Assembly (NCBI RefSeq): GCF_009914755.1 | Contig: NC_060932.1 | Reading direction: 5' to 3' (one strand) | DNA from: the human T2T-CHM13v2.0 reference genome, Homo sapiens | Length of the DNA: 64,000 nucleotides | Part shown: positions 18,312 to 37,390 of the stretch, one piece after another | Position numbering within the stretch: the first letter of the stretch is position 1 | Layout: each line of letters opens with the position of its first letter | Position numbers and translations under genes: made by a program | The notes under the pieces: model-generated | What the model saw: the letters and a program-made list of their open reading frames with translations, nothing else | Databases searched by the model: none | What the model was told of the DNA's origin: nothing

Positions 18312-18624
18312 AGAACATCCCTCTTGTTTTCATTTTAAATTTAACTATTTTAAATTAATTCCTGCCTTTGGAAACAAATAAACAAAACAACTAGCAAACT
18401 TCAAAGTATTACATGTATATATATATAAAAGAAAAAGCTCATTCCTCTCTCCCCAAATTTCCCTCCCTAGAGGTGACCTACTGCCCGTTTCTTGGGCCTT
18501 CTTCCAAAGATGTTCTGTGCATATGCAAACATGTATGTCATAGTCATCCCCAGTTTCTTTTCACACAATGATATCATACTCGGTACACTGTTCTCATCTT
18601 GCTTTGAGCACTTAATGGAGATAG

Positions 18625-18762
18625 ACAGCGTGGTCTAGTGGTTAAGAGCACAAGGCTTGGGAGCCAGACTTCCTGGGTTTAAACTCGAGTACCACCATTA
18701 ACTAGCCATGCATTTTTGGGCAAATGACCTCATTTCTTTGTGCTGCAATTTCCTTTTCTTGC
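18625..18762 (+). mobile_element. MIR
   Basis: CAGCGTGGTCTAGTGGTTAAGAGCAC...GGAGCCAGACTTCCTGGGTTTAAA. Confidence 0.85.
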
Positions 18763-18766
18763 ATGG

Positions 18767-19215
18767 TGTTATGGGTTGAATTGTGCTTCCCAAAAAAGAT
18801 ATGTTAAAGTCCTTATCTTCTGTATCTTAGAAGGTAACTTTATTTGGAAATAGGGTCTTTGCAGAAGTAGTCAAATTAAAATGAGGTCATTAGGGTGAGC
18901 CCTAATCCAATATGACTGGTGTCCTTAGAAAAAGGGGAAATTTGGACCAGACACACAGACATGCACACTGGGAGAATACCATGTGAATACTGGATTTATG
19001 CTGCCACAAGACAAGGAACGTCTGCGGCTACTAGAAGCTAGATGAAGCAAGAAAGGATCCTTCGCCTTCAGGTCAGAGTGGGCGTGAGCCTGCCAACACC
19101 TTGATTTCTGACTCTAGCCTGTAGAACTGTGAGACAATATCTTTCTGTTGTTCTAAGCCACCCAGTTACCCAGTTTATTGTACTTTGTGACAGCAATCCT
19201 AGGAAACCAATATAC
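18767..19215 (+). mobile_element. MLT1B/C MaLR LTR
   Basis: TGTTATGGGTTGAATTGTG... GGAAACCAATATACA. Confidence 0.9.
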
Positions 19216-19321
19216 ATACATTAAATGAATTAGTATAGGCCCAGAATCTAAGACTATGCCTGATATTCATGAAATACTATATAAGTGTTAGCTATTCTTA
19301 TTACATAGATATACATCATTC

Positions 19322-19621
19322 TTTTTTTTTTTTTCTTTTGAGACAGGGTCTTGCTCTGTCACCCAGGCTGCAGGGCAGTGATGTGATCTCAGTTCACTGC
19401 AACTCCTTCCTCGTGGGCTTAAGCAATCCTCCCATCTCTGCCTCCCAATTAGCTGGGGCTACAGGTGTGAGCCATCACGCCTGGCTAATTTTTCTATTTT
19501 TTGTAGAGAGGGGGTTTTGCCACATTGCCCAGGCTGTTCTCAAACTCCTGGGCTCAGGTGATCTGCTTGCCTCAGCCTCCCAAAATGCTAGGATTACAGG
19601 CATGAGCCACTGTGCCTGACC
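19322..19621 (-). mobile_element. AluJ
   Basis: Antisense dimer. Confidence 0.9.
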
Positions 19622-20647
19622 TGCCTCATTCTTTGTAACGACTGCATAATATTTTCTTTGTGGCTTTGGCAAAATTTATCACTTAAATAGTTTTGTTATT
19701 ATCAAAATAATACATTGTTAAAAAAATGTAATACTACTAAAGGCTTGCAATGAAAAATAGCAGCGTCTTCCCCTACTCTTGTTCAATCCCCTAGTCTCAC
19801 TTCCCAAAGGCAAGCGTTTGCAGTTACTCAGGTCCTCCTTCTGCTGTTTGTCTCTATCTTTCTAAATGCTGTGCTTACACTGCCACATCCTGATTTATCA
19901 GTTTCACAAACTCTCTTCTGTCTCCCTGTTATGATAGATGAGGATTTTGGTTTATGACACCCCACACCCTCCACACACACACACAGACACACACACCCTT
20001 TTGTCATCTTCACAGTATGATTATATAACTATTTTTAGTTATGTAATAGGTTGTTAAAATAGAATTTTAAACCTTTGAGATCCAACTGAGACTCTAAAGC
20101 TGAGAACAATAGGTGCAAAGGGCCCCTACATTCTACACAGAAATTCTAGACAATCCAGGTAGGGCTTGCAAATGAGGTGTCCCCAGAGTGACTCTTCCAG
20201 CCTTGGCCACTGACTACCTCTAGTCTATAAAAAAGAAGGCCAAGAATTAAGCAGGGGGCTGAAGGGCCAGTACTGGGGACTGCTCTGGAGAGAGTTATCA
20301 GAGTACTGCATTTCCTACCCCATCCTCAACATGCAGTGGGAGAAAGACTCCTCACATTCATCCTAAACTAGTGAGGGGGATTTCAAGAGCATCCTCAGAG
20401 AGTCAGACAGGCGTTTCCTGAAGTTTGGGAAGATAGTCACATACTCAGTATACTCACTGACTGACTCACACCTGAAAAAAAAAATGGTGTGTGAAAGCCA
20501 GGAGCTGGCTGGAGCAGACTGCCTCACAGCAGAACAGAGTCAAGGTTGACCAGCATTTCCAGGGGCTGCCGGGGTTTTCTATGGGTCTGATTGGATTCTG
20601 TGGTAAACAGCTGCCAATGGGTTGCTTTTGAAATTCTCCACCAGGCC

Positions 20648-21349
<702 letters not shown>

Positions 21350-21679
21350 CTACCCTCTGGAAGGATGGAAAGTGACCCCAACCAAGAGTGAGCCACCAGA
21401 AGCCAGGCACCAAGGGGACAGTTGTCAGTGGCCAGCCCAATGAGGTGTCTCCCAGGTCAAGGGAAGTACATCTAAAACATCCCCAGTGATGAGCCTGCTC
21501 CCATGACTCACCCTTGGGCAGCTGATACACCAAGAGGGCACACATGCAGATGACAACCATGCAGGCCAAGAGCTCTCCTTTTCCTCACGTCTATCTTTTC
21601 CATGTCTGCCTCTAACCCTAGAGGAGCCAGAGGCAACACAGTGAGCAAGATGGGACATAGTGACATTGGCCCTGAACCG

Positions 21680-21869
21680 AGGGTTGCCAGGTTTAGCAAA
21701 TAAAAATAACTCGATGCCCAGTTTAATTTGAATTTTAGATAAACAATAAATGCCTTTTTAGTATAAGTATATCCCATGCCATATTTGGGACATAATTATA
21801 TTAAAAGTACTTGTTGCTTTCTTGAATTCACATTTAGCTGAGCATCCTATATTTTATTTGGCTGCCCTA
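21680..21869 (+). mobile_element. MER53 palindromic DNA transposon relic
   Basis: AGGGTTGCCAGGTTTAGCAAATAAAAATA... TATTTTATTTGGCTGCCCT; internal palindrome. Confidence 0.85.
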
Positions 21870-23769
21870 CTCATACTTCTTGCCCACTGCAAACTTCAAG
21901 CCTGTGTCAGGCCCAAGCTGCAGGAGAGAGCTATAAATTGGATAAGAGCTTGGTATTCTGATATTAGACTAAATTGGACTTTGGGTTACCTTGGGGGAAA
22001 AAGAGACTGTTCATTAATAACCCAAGAGTACTCAGAAAAGCTACAAAGATTGGTATTTTATCCATCGAGCTGAAAAGGTGAGATGGAAAGGTTTGTACTG
22101 GAACATCTCAAGTCCATTTTGTTCAGTAAGCTAGTTATAGGTATATTAAATTCATCATTTAGGGTATTAATATCACATAAATATTATCTGTTGCTGAGCC
22201 AAGTTGGGAATCAGATTGCATTTCTTATAAAACTTTTTATTTTTTCGGAGTTAACAATTGCCTGGTTTAAGCATTTTCCATTTTTAAAAGCCATTTGTGT
22301 TTCTTTTTCTGTGAACTGCTTATTCATGTCCTCTGTGGGGTTGTGGAGCTTTCTCTTACTAATTTATAAAAGTTTATTTATATACTAAAAATTAATGTAA
22401 AAGAAAGCTCTTTTATTAGGGAACTGGAAATTGCAAGTAAGATAGGATAAGTGGATCTTTTCTGACGTTTGTGTTGGGAAACTTAGATTTCACTGTGCCC
22501 AGCTGCTAATATCTAGAACTGCTCTTCCAAAACAAACTTTCTCAAATCAATAGTTTCTTTAAATATTCCTTTAATGCTTATGTGCTCATTTCTTGGTTAA
22601 AAATTTCCCAAGAAGAATGTGTACAATTAAGACACAGCTCATCAGCATTTTTCTCTTTTAAACATGATCATTCATCATTGGGACTTATTTCCATGAAATT
22701 AACCCATACCAGGAAAATAGCTGCAATGATCACCTCACTGATATTGTGAGAAATTTCTCTTGAGAAACTATTGCTATGTAGTATTGTTATAACAAGAGTC
22801 ACAAAGATTAAAATCATGAATATTTTTTCTTACTCTGTTCATGGTTTTGTAATTCTGATCTGATAACAAATGTTATTGTAATGTTCAGTTTCTGATTAGA
22901 ATATCAGGACCTTACTCTTTTCACTTGCTGGTGAGATTTAGTCTCTGAGGTTTCTCTATATAATGGGAATCGTATGATAAGGTAAATGTAACATTTTGGA
23001 TTACTGCCACTGCATGTAAATTTTCACTGTAAATGATGGCAAACCACTCAGCTAATTTTTACATATGATTCTTTTTAAAGAATTCCTTAATTCTTGAGGG
23101 AAATAAAACATTCCAAAAACAAATACATTAAAATATGAATTCAGAAATGATTTGAGAGAACAATAGATAGGAAAATTGCATTTCAGATGAGCTGTCAGTC
23201 AAATCTCATATTTGTCGATAATTTCTCAGAAGGGTCCAGGGTGTGCTTCATTTCTAATTTTTATTTATAAATTCAGTTTTAAGATTGCATCGAGGCATGG
23301 TGATTCTCCTGTTTCATTATCTAATTTATTTATTTTTCTAGAATGAACAATATGTAGGAAGGGCTGGATTCCAGAATCCCATGGCCCTTGATTAAAAAAT
23401 CTTTGCATGTCTTGCGGATGCCAGCTCTGTTTAGTCTTGGCAAAATCATCCTCAGCATATGTAATATCTTGCACTCCTGTTCTCCTTTTATCTCTACTCA
23501 GTGGGAAACTAGCTTTTTGGGCACCTCTATCTTGAAAATTGTCAAATGTTTCCTCCCTTTATTCCTCTGCAGGACACAAGTTTATCTATCAGGCCTGGCG
23601 TTTCTTTAACAGAGTGGTGATAAGATAAAAATCTGATCAGTGTACCAATCATTCAATCAATAAAATGTACTCCAGGATATCTAAGGCATTGTGGAGGAAG
23701 AATGTGGCTGTTTACTGAGGGATAGTCATATTCCTGGCACAATGTTAGGTGTTTTCACTGTGCAGTTAA

Positions 23770-24068
23770 TTTTATTATTTTAGTGATGGGGTCTCACTCT
23801 GTCACCCAGGCTGGAGTGCAGTGGCACAAGCATCATAGCTCACTGAAAGCTAGAACCCCTGGGCTCAAGTGATCCACCTTCCCCAGCCTTCTGAGTAGCT
23901 GGGACTATGGGTGTGTACCACCACACCTGGCTAATTAAAAACAAATTTTTAAAAGAGATAGGGTATCTCTATGTTGCCCAGGCTGGTCTCTAACAGGCGG
24001 CCTCAAGTGATCCTCCCACTTCAGCCTCCCAAGTTGCTGGGATTACAGATACAAGCCACTGCACCGGC
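23770..24068 (-). mobile_element. AluJ
   Basis: Antisense dimer. Confidence 0.9.
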
Positions 24069-24636
24069 CATGTGTGCAATTTACTTGAACTCTTGAAACA
24101 ATTTCCTCAAGGTAGATGAGGAATCTGAAGGTCAGAAAGTTGGAGTTACTTTGTGAAGGCCTCTAGCTGGTAAATGTCAGCATTTGTCCACTGCTCCCTG
24201 CCTCACACTCTCATACTCAGCTGCAGGCAGTTCTTCAGCTGGTCTCATCCAAGGGTCTCTGGTTAGTTTGAGACACAAAAGTAATCATACTTTGAATAAC
24301 CTTCGTGCAAGTTTCATGCAGCTGATGAAAGTGATGTTGTAGAATTGCTAGAATCATAAGCAAACATGGAGTTAATCAGATAACAATTAAAGAGGAATAA
24401 ATTGACAAGAATGAGAACATAATAGGATCTTCAAAAGAGAAGCATTTAACAATCATAGGTTAAGGGAGGCCATTGAGAAAAAACTAATACTTCAACATAT
24501 TTGTCAAATGTGCTACTGGACAAGTTTTTAGAAAAAGTAGACCTCAAACCCTAAATCAACACTGACTTTGGTTTTTGTTCTAAATATTAGAACAGACTTA
24601 CAATTACTATCTAAATTTTACTGTATATATAACAAC

Positions 24637-24942
<306 letters not shown>

Positions 24943-25344
24943 TACATAGAATATTATTCTGATCAATTTTTTCCGTATCTTATATGAAATTTTTGTGTGG
25001 GAATCTGTTTGTCTCTTCCGGAGGCCAAAGAGTGACTGAGAGAACTCCTATTCTTTGTCATGCTGTTTTGTGCTTCTGAACCTGTGTCCATGGTGTTCCG
25101 ATTGCCTGCAGGAACTTCTCTTATTCTGCAGGAAAACACTTCTTGGCTGCTCTCAACCTTCAATATCACCTCTTATGTGAGAGTTTCCTTTAACCTTTCC
25201 TGCCCATTAGCCGTCCTCCTACTGTGTTCCTGTAACACTTGGCGCACATCTCCATAGCCGCTCCCCTCTGCATGTAATGATTAGTTGACGTGTATCTTTC
25301 CCTCTGGGCTGTAACCACCTCTTCAAAAGCAAGCTTATCTCTCA

Positions 25345-25725
25345 TCCACTCTGTCACCCAGACTGAGTTCAGTGGTGCAATCACGGGACTGCAGCCATGA
25401 CCCCCAGGCTCAAGCCATCCTCCCACCTCAGCCTCCTGAGTAGCTGGGACTACCTGTATGCCACCATGCCTGCCTTATTTTTTGTATTTTTTTAAAGATG
25501 GGGTTTTGCCATGTTGCCCAGTCTGGTCTTAAACATCTGGACTCAAGCCATCCACCCACCTCAGCCTCCTAGCTGAAATTACAGGAGTGAGACACCGTAC
25601 TCAGCCTGTTTTTATTTTTTAAATTAAAAAAATTTTTTTTAGAGACAAGGTCTCACTGTGTCACTCAGATTAGACTGCAGTGGCACAATCAGGGCTTATC
25701 ACAAAACCTTGAACTCCTGGGCTCA
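25345..25725 (-). mobile_element. AluJ plus truncated AluJ fragment
   Basis: Two antisense J segments. Confidence 0.85.
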
Positions 25726-25861
25726 ATTAATAACAATAATTATATTATTGTTTAATAATCTTTTAAGTTCCAACTGAAGTGCTACATATTCCACCCAGCC
25801 TTCCCATTTTCCTGCAGCTGCAACGAATCACTCAGAATGCTCAACCTTCACGTCTCAGGCC

Positions 25862-26227
<366 letters not shown>

Positions 26228-26799
26228 CTTCACATGCCTTTTAACTGTGGTTTTTACCTCCTGTCTAGATGACTGCTTCTTGAGTTCAGAGACATATTTA
26301 GTTCATCTCTGTGTCTTTCAGTGTCTTGCGTGTAGAAAGTGCTCAATAGACTTAATGCATTATTGGTCAGCTTTGGTTGTCTTAATGACCAATCCATCAC
26401 CTCACAATTTACTGCCAAAGTTATATGTTTTATTCTGACATCTCTGATTTGGTTGGAGTTTCCACAGTGCCACAGCCTCTGCTTTCTTCACTGCAATGTC
26501 TGTGCATGCTGATGACAGATTAATAAAATTGGATGTCCCAGCCATTGAAATTCCCTTTTGCCTCCCTCCAACCCCCCGCATCAGAGTCTTATTCCCATTC
26601 AGTCTCATGACAGAATTTCACAGGTAACTCTGCTATCTGCAGCTCAAAGAAGCCACTCTTGGTGACAATGAGCTGACCATTAAAATGGGCTGTAAATCAA
26701 AAGGATAGCACAGCTATCCCAATTGTTGAGGATTTTAGAATGCTGCTTAGGTTATTGATAGGTTTATGTCCAAATGCACTCTAATTGAGGAATCTCTGA

Positions 26800-27060
26800 T
26801 GAATTCATTCAACATTCTTTTAGCAAATATTTAGCACCTATTGTCTGCCACAAGCCATGCCACAGCTAGAGATGGACCAGGAGACATGACAGACACAGTT
26901 CCTGTCATCATAAAGCTTAGTTTAGTGGGGATAAGAAGATGCAGAATGTAGGTGCTGGGAATTATAACTGAAAAGGGCAGGGTGCTCTGGGAGGATGTTG
27001 GAGAGGTCCTTACCAGTGACAGAGGCAAGACAAGGAAATGATCGTGAAGCTAAGACTAGA
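26800..27060 (-). mobile_element. L2 3' end
   Basis: ATTCATTCAACA...AAATATTTAGCACCTATTGTCTGCCA...AGACACAGTTCCTGTCATCATAAAGCTTAG. Confidence 0.7.
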
Positions 27061-28158
27061 GTAGAAATTAAGTAGGTGTGTGTGTTTGGGGCATGGGGGT
27101 GGGGATTGGTTTGACAAGAGAGTCCCAAGAAGAGTGACCGTGAGTGGGGATAACATGAAGGGGCACACAAGATGCTCTGGAAGAAGTACACCATGCCCTG
27201 AGATGGCTCTAATTCTGCAAAGAAATTCATGATTATTTGCATTGTGCCTGTATGGAAAAACAAAAGAATATAATCTAAATGTGAATTAAGCACCAGAAGA
27301 AATAGCCTCTTCTGGTTATACTAGGTCAGGATAATGAGAAGAGATGATGTGTCCACAGGTTTCCTATTAATTTCTTATTTTCAGTATTTATTCATTTCAC
27401 ACTTATCACATGTCAAGTGGTGGTAAGAATTCTATCAAGAAACTCATTGAGTGCCCCAAATAGACTAGAGGTGTTACATAATGAATGGAAGTTCGTGATC
27501 TTTCTATCTTCAGAAGATTTTTGTTCCAATAGAACTCACATCTTATTGATAGACATAGTAATTATGAGTAGAATATCAGATTTTGGTTTCCAGTGCAGTG
27601 TGTCCAAAATGTGACATTTCAGAAGCCCTAGTAGTTCATATTAAAAATGTATATCCATTACCCCCCTTCAGCTACCCAGTTGTGGGAGGCGAGGGCTTGG
27701 GTGCATTGAAGATTCAGCTGCCGTGGCTGAGGGGGGCATTGCTATTGGAGGCATCGTGGGCATTAATACTGCTTTACAAGAGGTGCTGACCACTCTCATC
27801 CATAATGGCCTAGCATATGTAATTCTGAAAGCTGTCTGTCTTAGACAAGTGCCACGTCCACCTCTGTGTGCTTGCATCCCACCGTGATGGCCTGTGGATT
27901 TCAAGCTGGTGGAGGCCCTCCGTGCTGAACACCAAATCCACCCAAATAAGCTGATGACATCAAGAAACTGAGACTGGGTAGGCCTTGGTGAAATTGACAG
28001 AGAGGGAAAGCCCAGTAATGTGGTTGGTTGCAGTTCTGGTGTAGTTAAGGGCTATGGCAAATAATCTAAGGCCAAGAATGTCATCAAAGAGTACTGTACT
28101 TCCAAAGCAAGAGATAAGCAAATAAAAACTTGGCTCTTGTTTTTGTTTAAAAAAAGCA

Positions 28159-28465
28159 GGCTGGGTGCAATGGTTCATGCCTATAACCCTAGCACTTTGG
28201 GAGGGCCAGGTAGGCAGATCACTTGAGCCTAGGAGTTGGAAACCAGCCTGATCAACATGATGAAACCCCATTTTTACAAAAAAAATACAAAAAAATTTAG
28301 TCGGGCATGGTGGTGTGTGCCTGTAGTCCTAGCTACTCGGGAGGCTGAGGTGGGAGGATAGATTGAGCACGGGAGGCGAAGGATGCAGTCAGCCGAGATT
28401 GTGCCACTCCATTCCAGGCTGGGTGACAGAATGAAACCATGTCTTTAAAATAATAATAATAATAA
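28159..28465 (+). mobile_element. AluJ
   Basis: Sense dimer with AAT tail. Confidence 0.9.
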
Positions 28466-28659
28466 AGCATATTCACAAGCCTGCCATGGACCTACTTAAT
28501 CAGAATGCCCATCATGGGATCTACAGGACTAGCAACTCTCTGGGGGTTCTATTGCACGCTTAACTTTGAGAACCTCCACGCTATTAAAGGGCCTCTAAGT
28601 GCTTCATGGCAGCCTGGAGCCAAGCTGGCTACATAAGAACCGCCTGGGGTTTTGTTTCT

Positions 28660-29845
<1,186 letters not shown>

Positions 29846-30211
29846 TTTTTTTTTTTTTTTTTTTTTTAACAAACATATTTTTGCCTCTTACTCCCAGAGG
29901 GTCTAGAAAAACCCAAGAATATGATTTTAAATTATTATTATTCAATGAAATAACACATGCTCATGGTAAAAATAAATTCAAACAATGCAAAGGTACTATC
30001 AATGGTAAAAGTAAGAGCGTGTCAGTCTTCCTGCTCAAAGGCAACCTATTGCCATAAATGGTCTACACATATTTCTGAATACATATATATGTACATATGT
30101 CCATATCACCCATATTTTCACAGAAATGAAAGTACTCTACCAACACTGTATTGAACCTTGTTTTCACTTAACAACACATCCTGGAGATTGTTATATGATC
30201 ACAGATCAACA

Positions 30212-31185
<974 letters not shown>

Positions 31186-31189
31186 CATC

Positions 31190-31920
31190 ATTCTTTTCTG
31201 CAGTGGCATAGAGATTCAGTGGCTAGCCATGGTGTAGTTTATTTAACCCCTTGCTTGTTGATAAACATTTAGGTTGCGTATGGGTTGTGCCATTATGAGC
31301 AATGCTGCTATGAACTTCCTGTAGATGCATTTTTATACATGCATTAGGATATCACTGCAGTGAACTCAGAGCAGTGAAATCATTGGGTCAAATGGAACAT
31401 GTCTGCAGCATTTTTTGTTTCATTTTGTTGTTTTTAGTCCTTTAGCTTTCTCTGACCAAGGTATATGCCTGTAGCATTTTTTGTTTTGTTTTGTTTTGTT
31501 GCTTTTATTCCTTTAGCTGTCTCTGACCAAGGAAGATGCCTGTAGCATTTTGATAGATATTGATGAGCTGCCATGCAAAAAGGTTATGTCAACATCCACT
31601 CCCACGTGGAGCATGTCCTTTCTCCACATTCTGTACAACACAGTGCACTGCTGAATTTTTTTAACTTTTGCCAATCTGGGAGGTGGAAAATGGTACCTCA
31701 ACATTTTAAATGTCCATGACTTTAATAATGAGTGATAACAATTATATTTTTATCTGTTTACGAATATTTTGAATTTTTATGAGTATGTGAACTGCCTATT
31801 CATACCTTTTGTCCTTTTTCTTTATTGAATTAACAGGCTTTTCTTGTTGATTTGTAAGTACTCTTTATATATTAAGGAAACAAATATACCCTTGCCTTTT
31901 GTGTTGTACATATTTTTCAG
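31190..31920 (-). mobile_element. L1ME-type 3' fragment
   Basis: GATAAACATTTAGGTTG...AATGCTGCTATGAAC...TTTTGCCAATCTG...AAAATGGTACCTCA. Confidence 0.7.
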
Positions 31921-31944
31921 AATATGCATTTTAAAAATGCTTCT

Positions 31945-32130
31945 CCTAGAGAGTGAAATAATAGACATTGGAGACTTGGAAAGGTGGGAGGGGGCGCAGA
32001 ATGAGAAATTACATAATGGGCACAATGTACATTATTAGGGTCATGGTTACACAAAAGCCTAGACTTCACCACTATGCAATATATCCATGTCACAAAATTT
32101 GTGCCCCCTAAATCTATTTAAAAAAAATAC
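31945..32130 (+). mobile_element. L1PB-type 3' end
   Basis: AATAATAGACATTGGAGACTTGGAAAGGTGGGAG... GACTTCACCACTATGCAATATATCCATGT plus A-tail. Confidence 0.85.
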
Positions 32131-33075
32131 ATTTTTAAAAGTGTTTCCCAGGTGACTCTAATGACAGCCAGGTTGGGGAACCACTGCTAGGGAATGGCAT
32201 ATTAACCAGCGTTAATATGTCCCATGTGTGGGCCACCTCCAGCTGTAGGTAAAGGTAAGAGCTGCTGAGCAGGTGTGGTCTGAAGATTACAAAACTCCCT
32301 GTCTGAAATCTTCACAGCTACTTGAGTAGAGATTCCCAGCATTAAACCCACCTTTAAAGGGTAAGGCAGTGTTACCAGAGAGGTTAGCAGCACTGACCCC
32401 TTATTGTGCAGTGGCAGGACTGCTTCTCCTCCCATGTCCTTGAGTTTAGAGGATGACAGAGGGAGACTTTTGGCATAATACCATGAGACATAGCCACGGC
32501 CTTGTTAACGAGGCTGAGCGAAAGTTCTGATTCTCTTGTAAGCACCACATCCTGAGGGCAGACAAGGCGGAGGCCTCTCCTCCCCTTTTCTGTCTTTCAC
32601 ACCCCAGGTCCTGAAGCCTCATACTATCAAGATGCAAAGGAACAATGCACAGCTCAGCAGAAGAAAGGAACCAAAAGAGGGGCTGTGTGGGGAAAGGGGA
32701 CAGGATAGAATGTCCAGGGCAAAAGTCTCTTCCTCCAAAGGGAAGGAGCTGCCACCTGGATGCCGGAGGGTCACAATGAAGCCCTTGTTAGTGAGAGAAA
32801 CCCAAGAAGGGCAAGCTGCTGAGAGAGGAGCAGAGGAGCAACTCCAGACTCTTGGCCCCTTTGCGGTCTATCGGGTGGGAATGTTCAACTGTACGTGAAA
32901 GGGTTGTTTTATACATAACTCTGGACTCCATGTATGTTTCACTGGATAACTATAGGACCATCTGCTCCATCCCCTTCCTCCCATGATGATTGTGTAGAGA
33001 AGGTTGTCTTTGAGCCTACATTCTGGGATCAGACCCAAACTGAGGAATGAGGATATTTTAAATGAAATGCGTAGA

Positions 33076-33262
33076 CCAGTGGTTCTCCAAGAGTGGTCAT
33101 AGAACTGGCAGCATCAGCATCACCTGGGAACTGATTAGAGATGCAAATTCTGGGCCCTCACACCAGAGTGACAGAATTAGAAACTCAGGGTGGGGGTGCT
33201 AGCTGTCTAGGTTTTAATAAACCCTCCAGATGATTCTAAAGCTCGAGTTTGAGAACCACAGC
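33076..33262 (+). mobile_element. MER5A
   Basis: CAGTGGTTCTCCAAGAGTGGTC...CAGCATCAGCATCACCTGGGAACT...GTTTGAGAACCAC. Confidence 0.9.
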
Positions 33263-33590
33263 TCTAGAAAGGAGTCACTGACGTCTGCCACGGCTTCCAA
33301 ATTTAACAGAATGGAGCCTGTAAACAAAATGAAGGCAAGAGGAGGGCCACTCTGCATAGTCTTTTTGGGATAGAGATGTTTTCACCGGAGAGCTGGCACC
33401 CGAGTGCTGTGTGCATTTGCCACAAAGGTTTCTGAACAAGAACTCCTGCAGGAGATTCCGGGGGAGGCCCAGGAGCCAAAGCCTGTCTATAGACAAGGAA
33501 TTTTTAAAGATCCGCCCCCATCTGCAGAGGTGGAATTTTTAAAGAGAGTTACATTGCTATAGGAATGGAGGCATTAATTTTTCTTATTTT

Positions 33591-33878
33591 GTCTGGCGCA
33601 GTGGCTCACGCTTGTAATCTCAGCACTTTGGGAGGCTGAGGTGGGAGGACGGCTTGAGCCCAGGAGTTTGAGACCAGCCCGGGCAACATAGCGAGACCCC
33701 ATCTCTACAAAAAATAAAAAAAATTAGCTGGGCATGGTGGTGCACACCTGGAGTCCCAGTTACTTGGGAGGCTGAGGCAGGAGAATTGCTTGAGCCTGGG
33801 AGTTCCAGGCCATAGTGAGCTGTGACTGCACCAGTGCATCTGAAGCTGGGTGACAAAGCAAGACCCTGTCTCAAAAAA
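33591..33878 (+). mobile_element. AluJ
   Basis: Sense J dimer. Confidence 0.9.
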
Positions 33879-34058
33879 TTTTTTTAATTGTTTCAACATA
33901 AGTGGAGTGAGGGCCCTGTGTTAGTGTCCCATGGCCCCTCACTTCTCTGGATTTGAACTGAGCTCATTGTGCTTTAGGGTCCCTCTGGTTTTACCCAACC
34001 CCCAAACAATTCCCCCTGGCAAAGTTACAGAACAGGTTAAAAACAACAACAACAATAA

Positions 34059-34099
34059 TTATCTATATCTTTATCTATATCTATATCTGTATCTATATC
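34059..34099. repeat. (TATATC)n
   Basis: Hexamer run. Confidence 0.85.
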
Positions 34100-34445
34100 T
34101 TGACAACTGGATCATTATTTCAACTTTAATGAGTCAGCGAGTAACCTTAATGAGTACCATGCTGTGATTTATTGCCAAGTCACCTTTTTTTTCAAATATT
34201 TTTTGTATAAAATATTTAAGGCTACATCTGACTTTGGGTCTTTGGAAGTGATTAAGTTTCCTCTAAATGTCAAATGCATCCCCTAGTGTTTTGGCCACAG
34301 CCCTGCCAACAAGCTTGCTTGACGAGAAGCTCAGTGCTCTGGGGGTGCTGGCAGTTCGTCACTCCAACTCAACAGATGTTTGCATCAACTAGAAAAGATG
34401 CAGCAGACCTAAATATTATCAGAATTGTTTTAAAAGTTAAAATTA

Positions 34446-34749
<304 letters not shown>

Positions 34750-34864
34750 CTATTTTTCCTTATTTGATAGAAAGAAATTAATAAACTCCAAATACCAAAA
34801 TGGTTTTTTAAATGACGTATCCTGTCTCCAGACCAAAATGATTAAAAAAAAAAAAAATGTTTAG

Positions 34865-35456
<592 letters not shown>

Positions 35457-35504
<48 letters not shown>
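35457..35504. repeat. (GATA)n tetranucleotide STR
   Basis: About 12 perfect units replacing the Alu tail. Confidence 0.95.
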
Positions 35505-35505
<1 letters not shown>

Positions 35506-36529
35506 ATGAAATTTAGTTTAAAAAACCATCTTAATCCCAGCCTAAGGTAGGCAGGGAAAAGAGGACTGCCTGGGCGCTGGATGGGAAGACTCTGTCCCCA
35601 TTAGGGAGGTTGGGTGAATCCCCAAGGCCTTCCAGCAAGGAATGTTGGAGGCTGCCAGTGCCCTGAGCAAGCTGTTCATCCTGACCAAAGTCTGCCCACC
35701 GCATGGTCCCTGCAGGGAGAGCAAACAGAGCAGTCCTTCTGCAAGACCAAACGTGTTTCTCTAAATTTCCTGCTCCAGGCTGAGGGAGGCTCATTCCAAG
35801 GACCCGAATGCTGGCATTTACACTGGCAGAAGCTGGGCTCCCTAAGTCTCAAGTTTCCCAGAATGATCTGACTTGTTTACATTACAGTTCAGGAGGCAAA
35901 CTGAGAGCTCGTGAGAAGCTGTGCTTATTTTTTTAGGGCTTCAGCAGTTACACACACACATGCACACACACACACAGATTGAGAGTCCAAACCTTCTTTC
36001 TTCCAAGAGAAGGTTGTATTTATATTTTAACAAGTCTTCTTGGTCTCTCTGCTACGCATTTCTACTTAACTGTTCTAAAGGTCAGAACAAGCCAACCACA
36101 TGATATTCTGTAGTAGTGCAGACTCTTCACCTAAGGGCTACAACACCCCTGAAATTATATGCCAAACTGTATGTGCATTCTCCCCCCTAGAATCAAGAGG
36201 ACATGGCTTCCATCAAAGGGTCAAAAAGGGCTGTAGGTGTTTAAAGGCCTCAGCCAACTGTTCGAATTTCAATGCCATGGCAATGATTAATTTCTGTTGT
36301 CAGCAAGAGAATATTTCTAAAGGATCATAGTCAAAGTTTTTCACCAGTCCCTCCCTGCCCAACACAATACAACGCAACATACGTATCCCAAACCAGACTA
36401 CAGAAGCCATATTTTTGTTTTCTGAGAAAAAAATACTTTTTCAGATAGAAAAGTATCCTTGTACCCCAACCATCATCCTGAATTCAATTGTTAATATTTG
36501 TCCTTCAAAACTCTAAACTTGTTCGTGTT

Positions 36530-37390
<861 letters not shown>

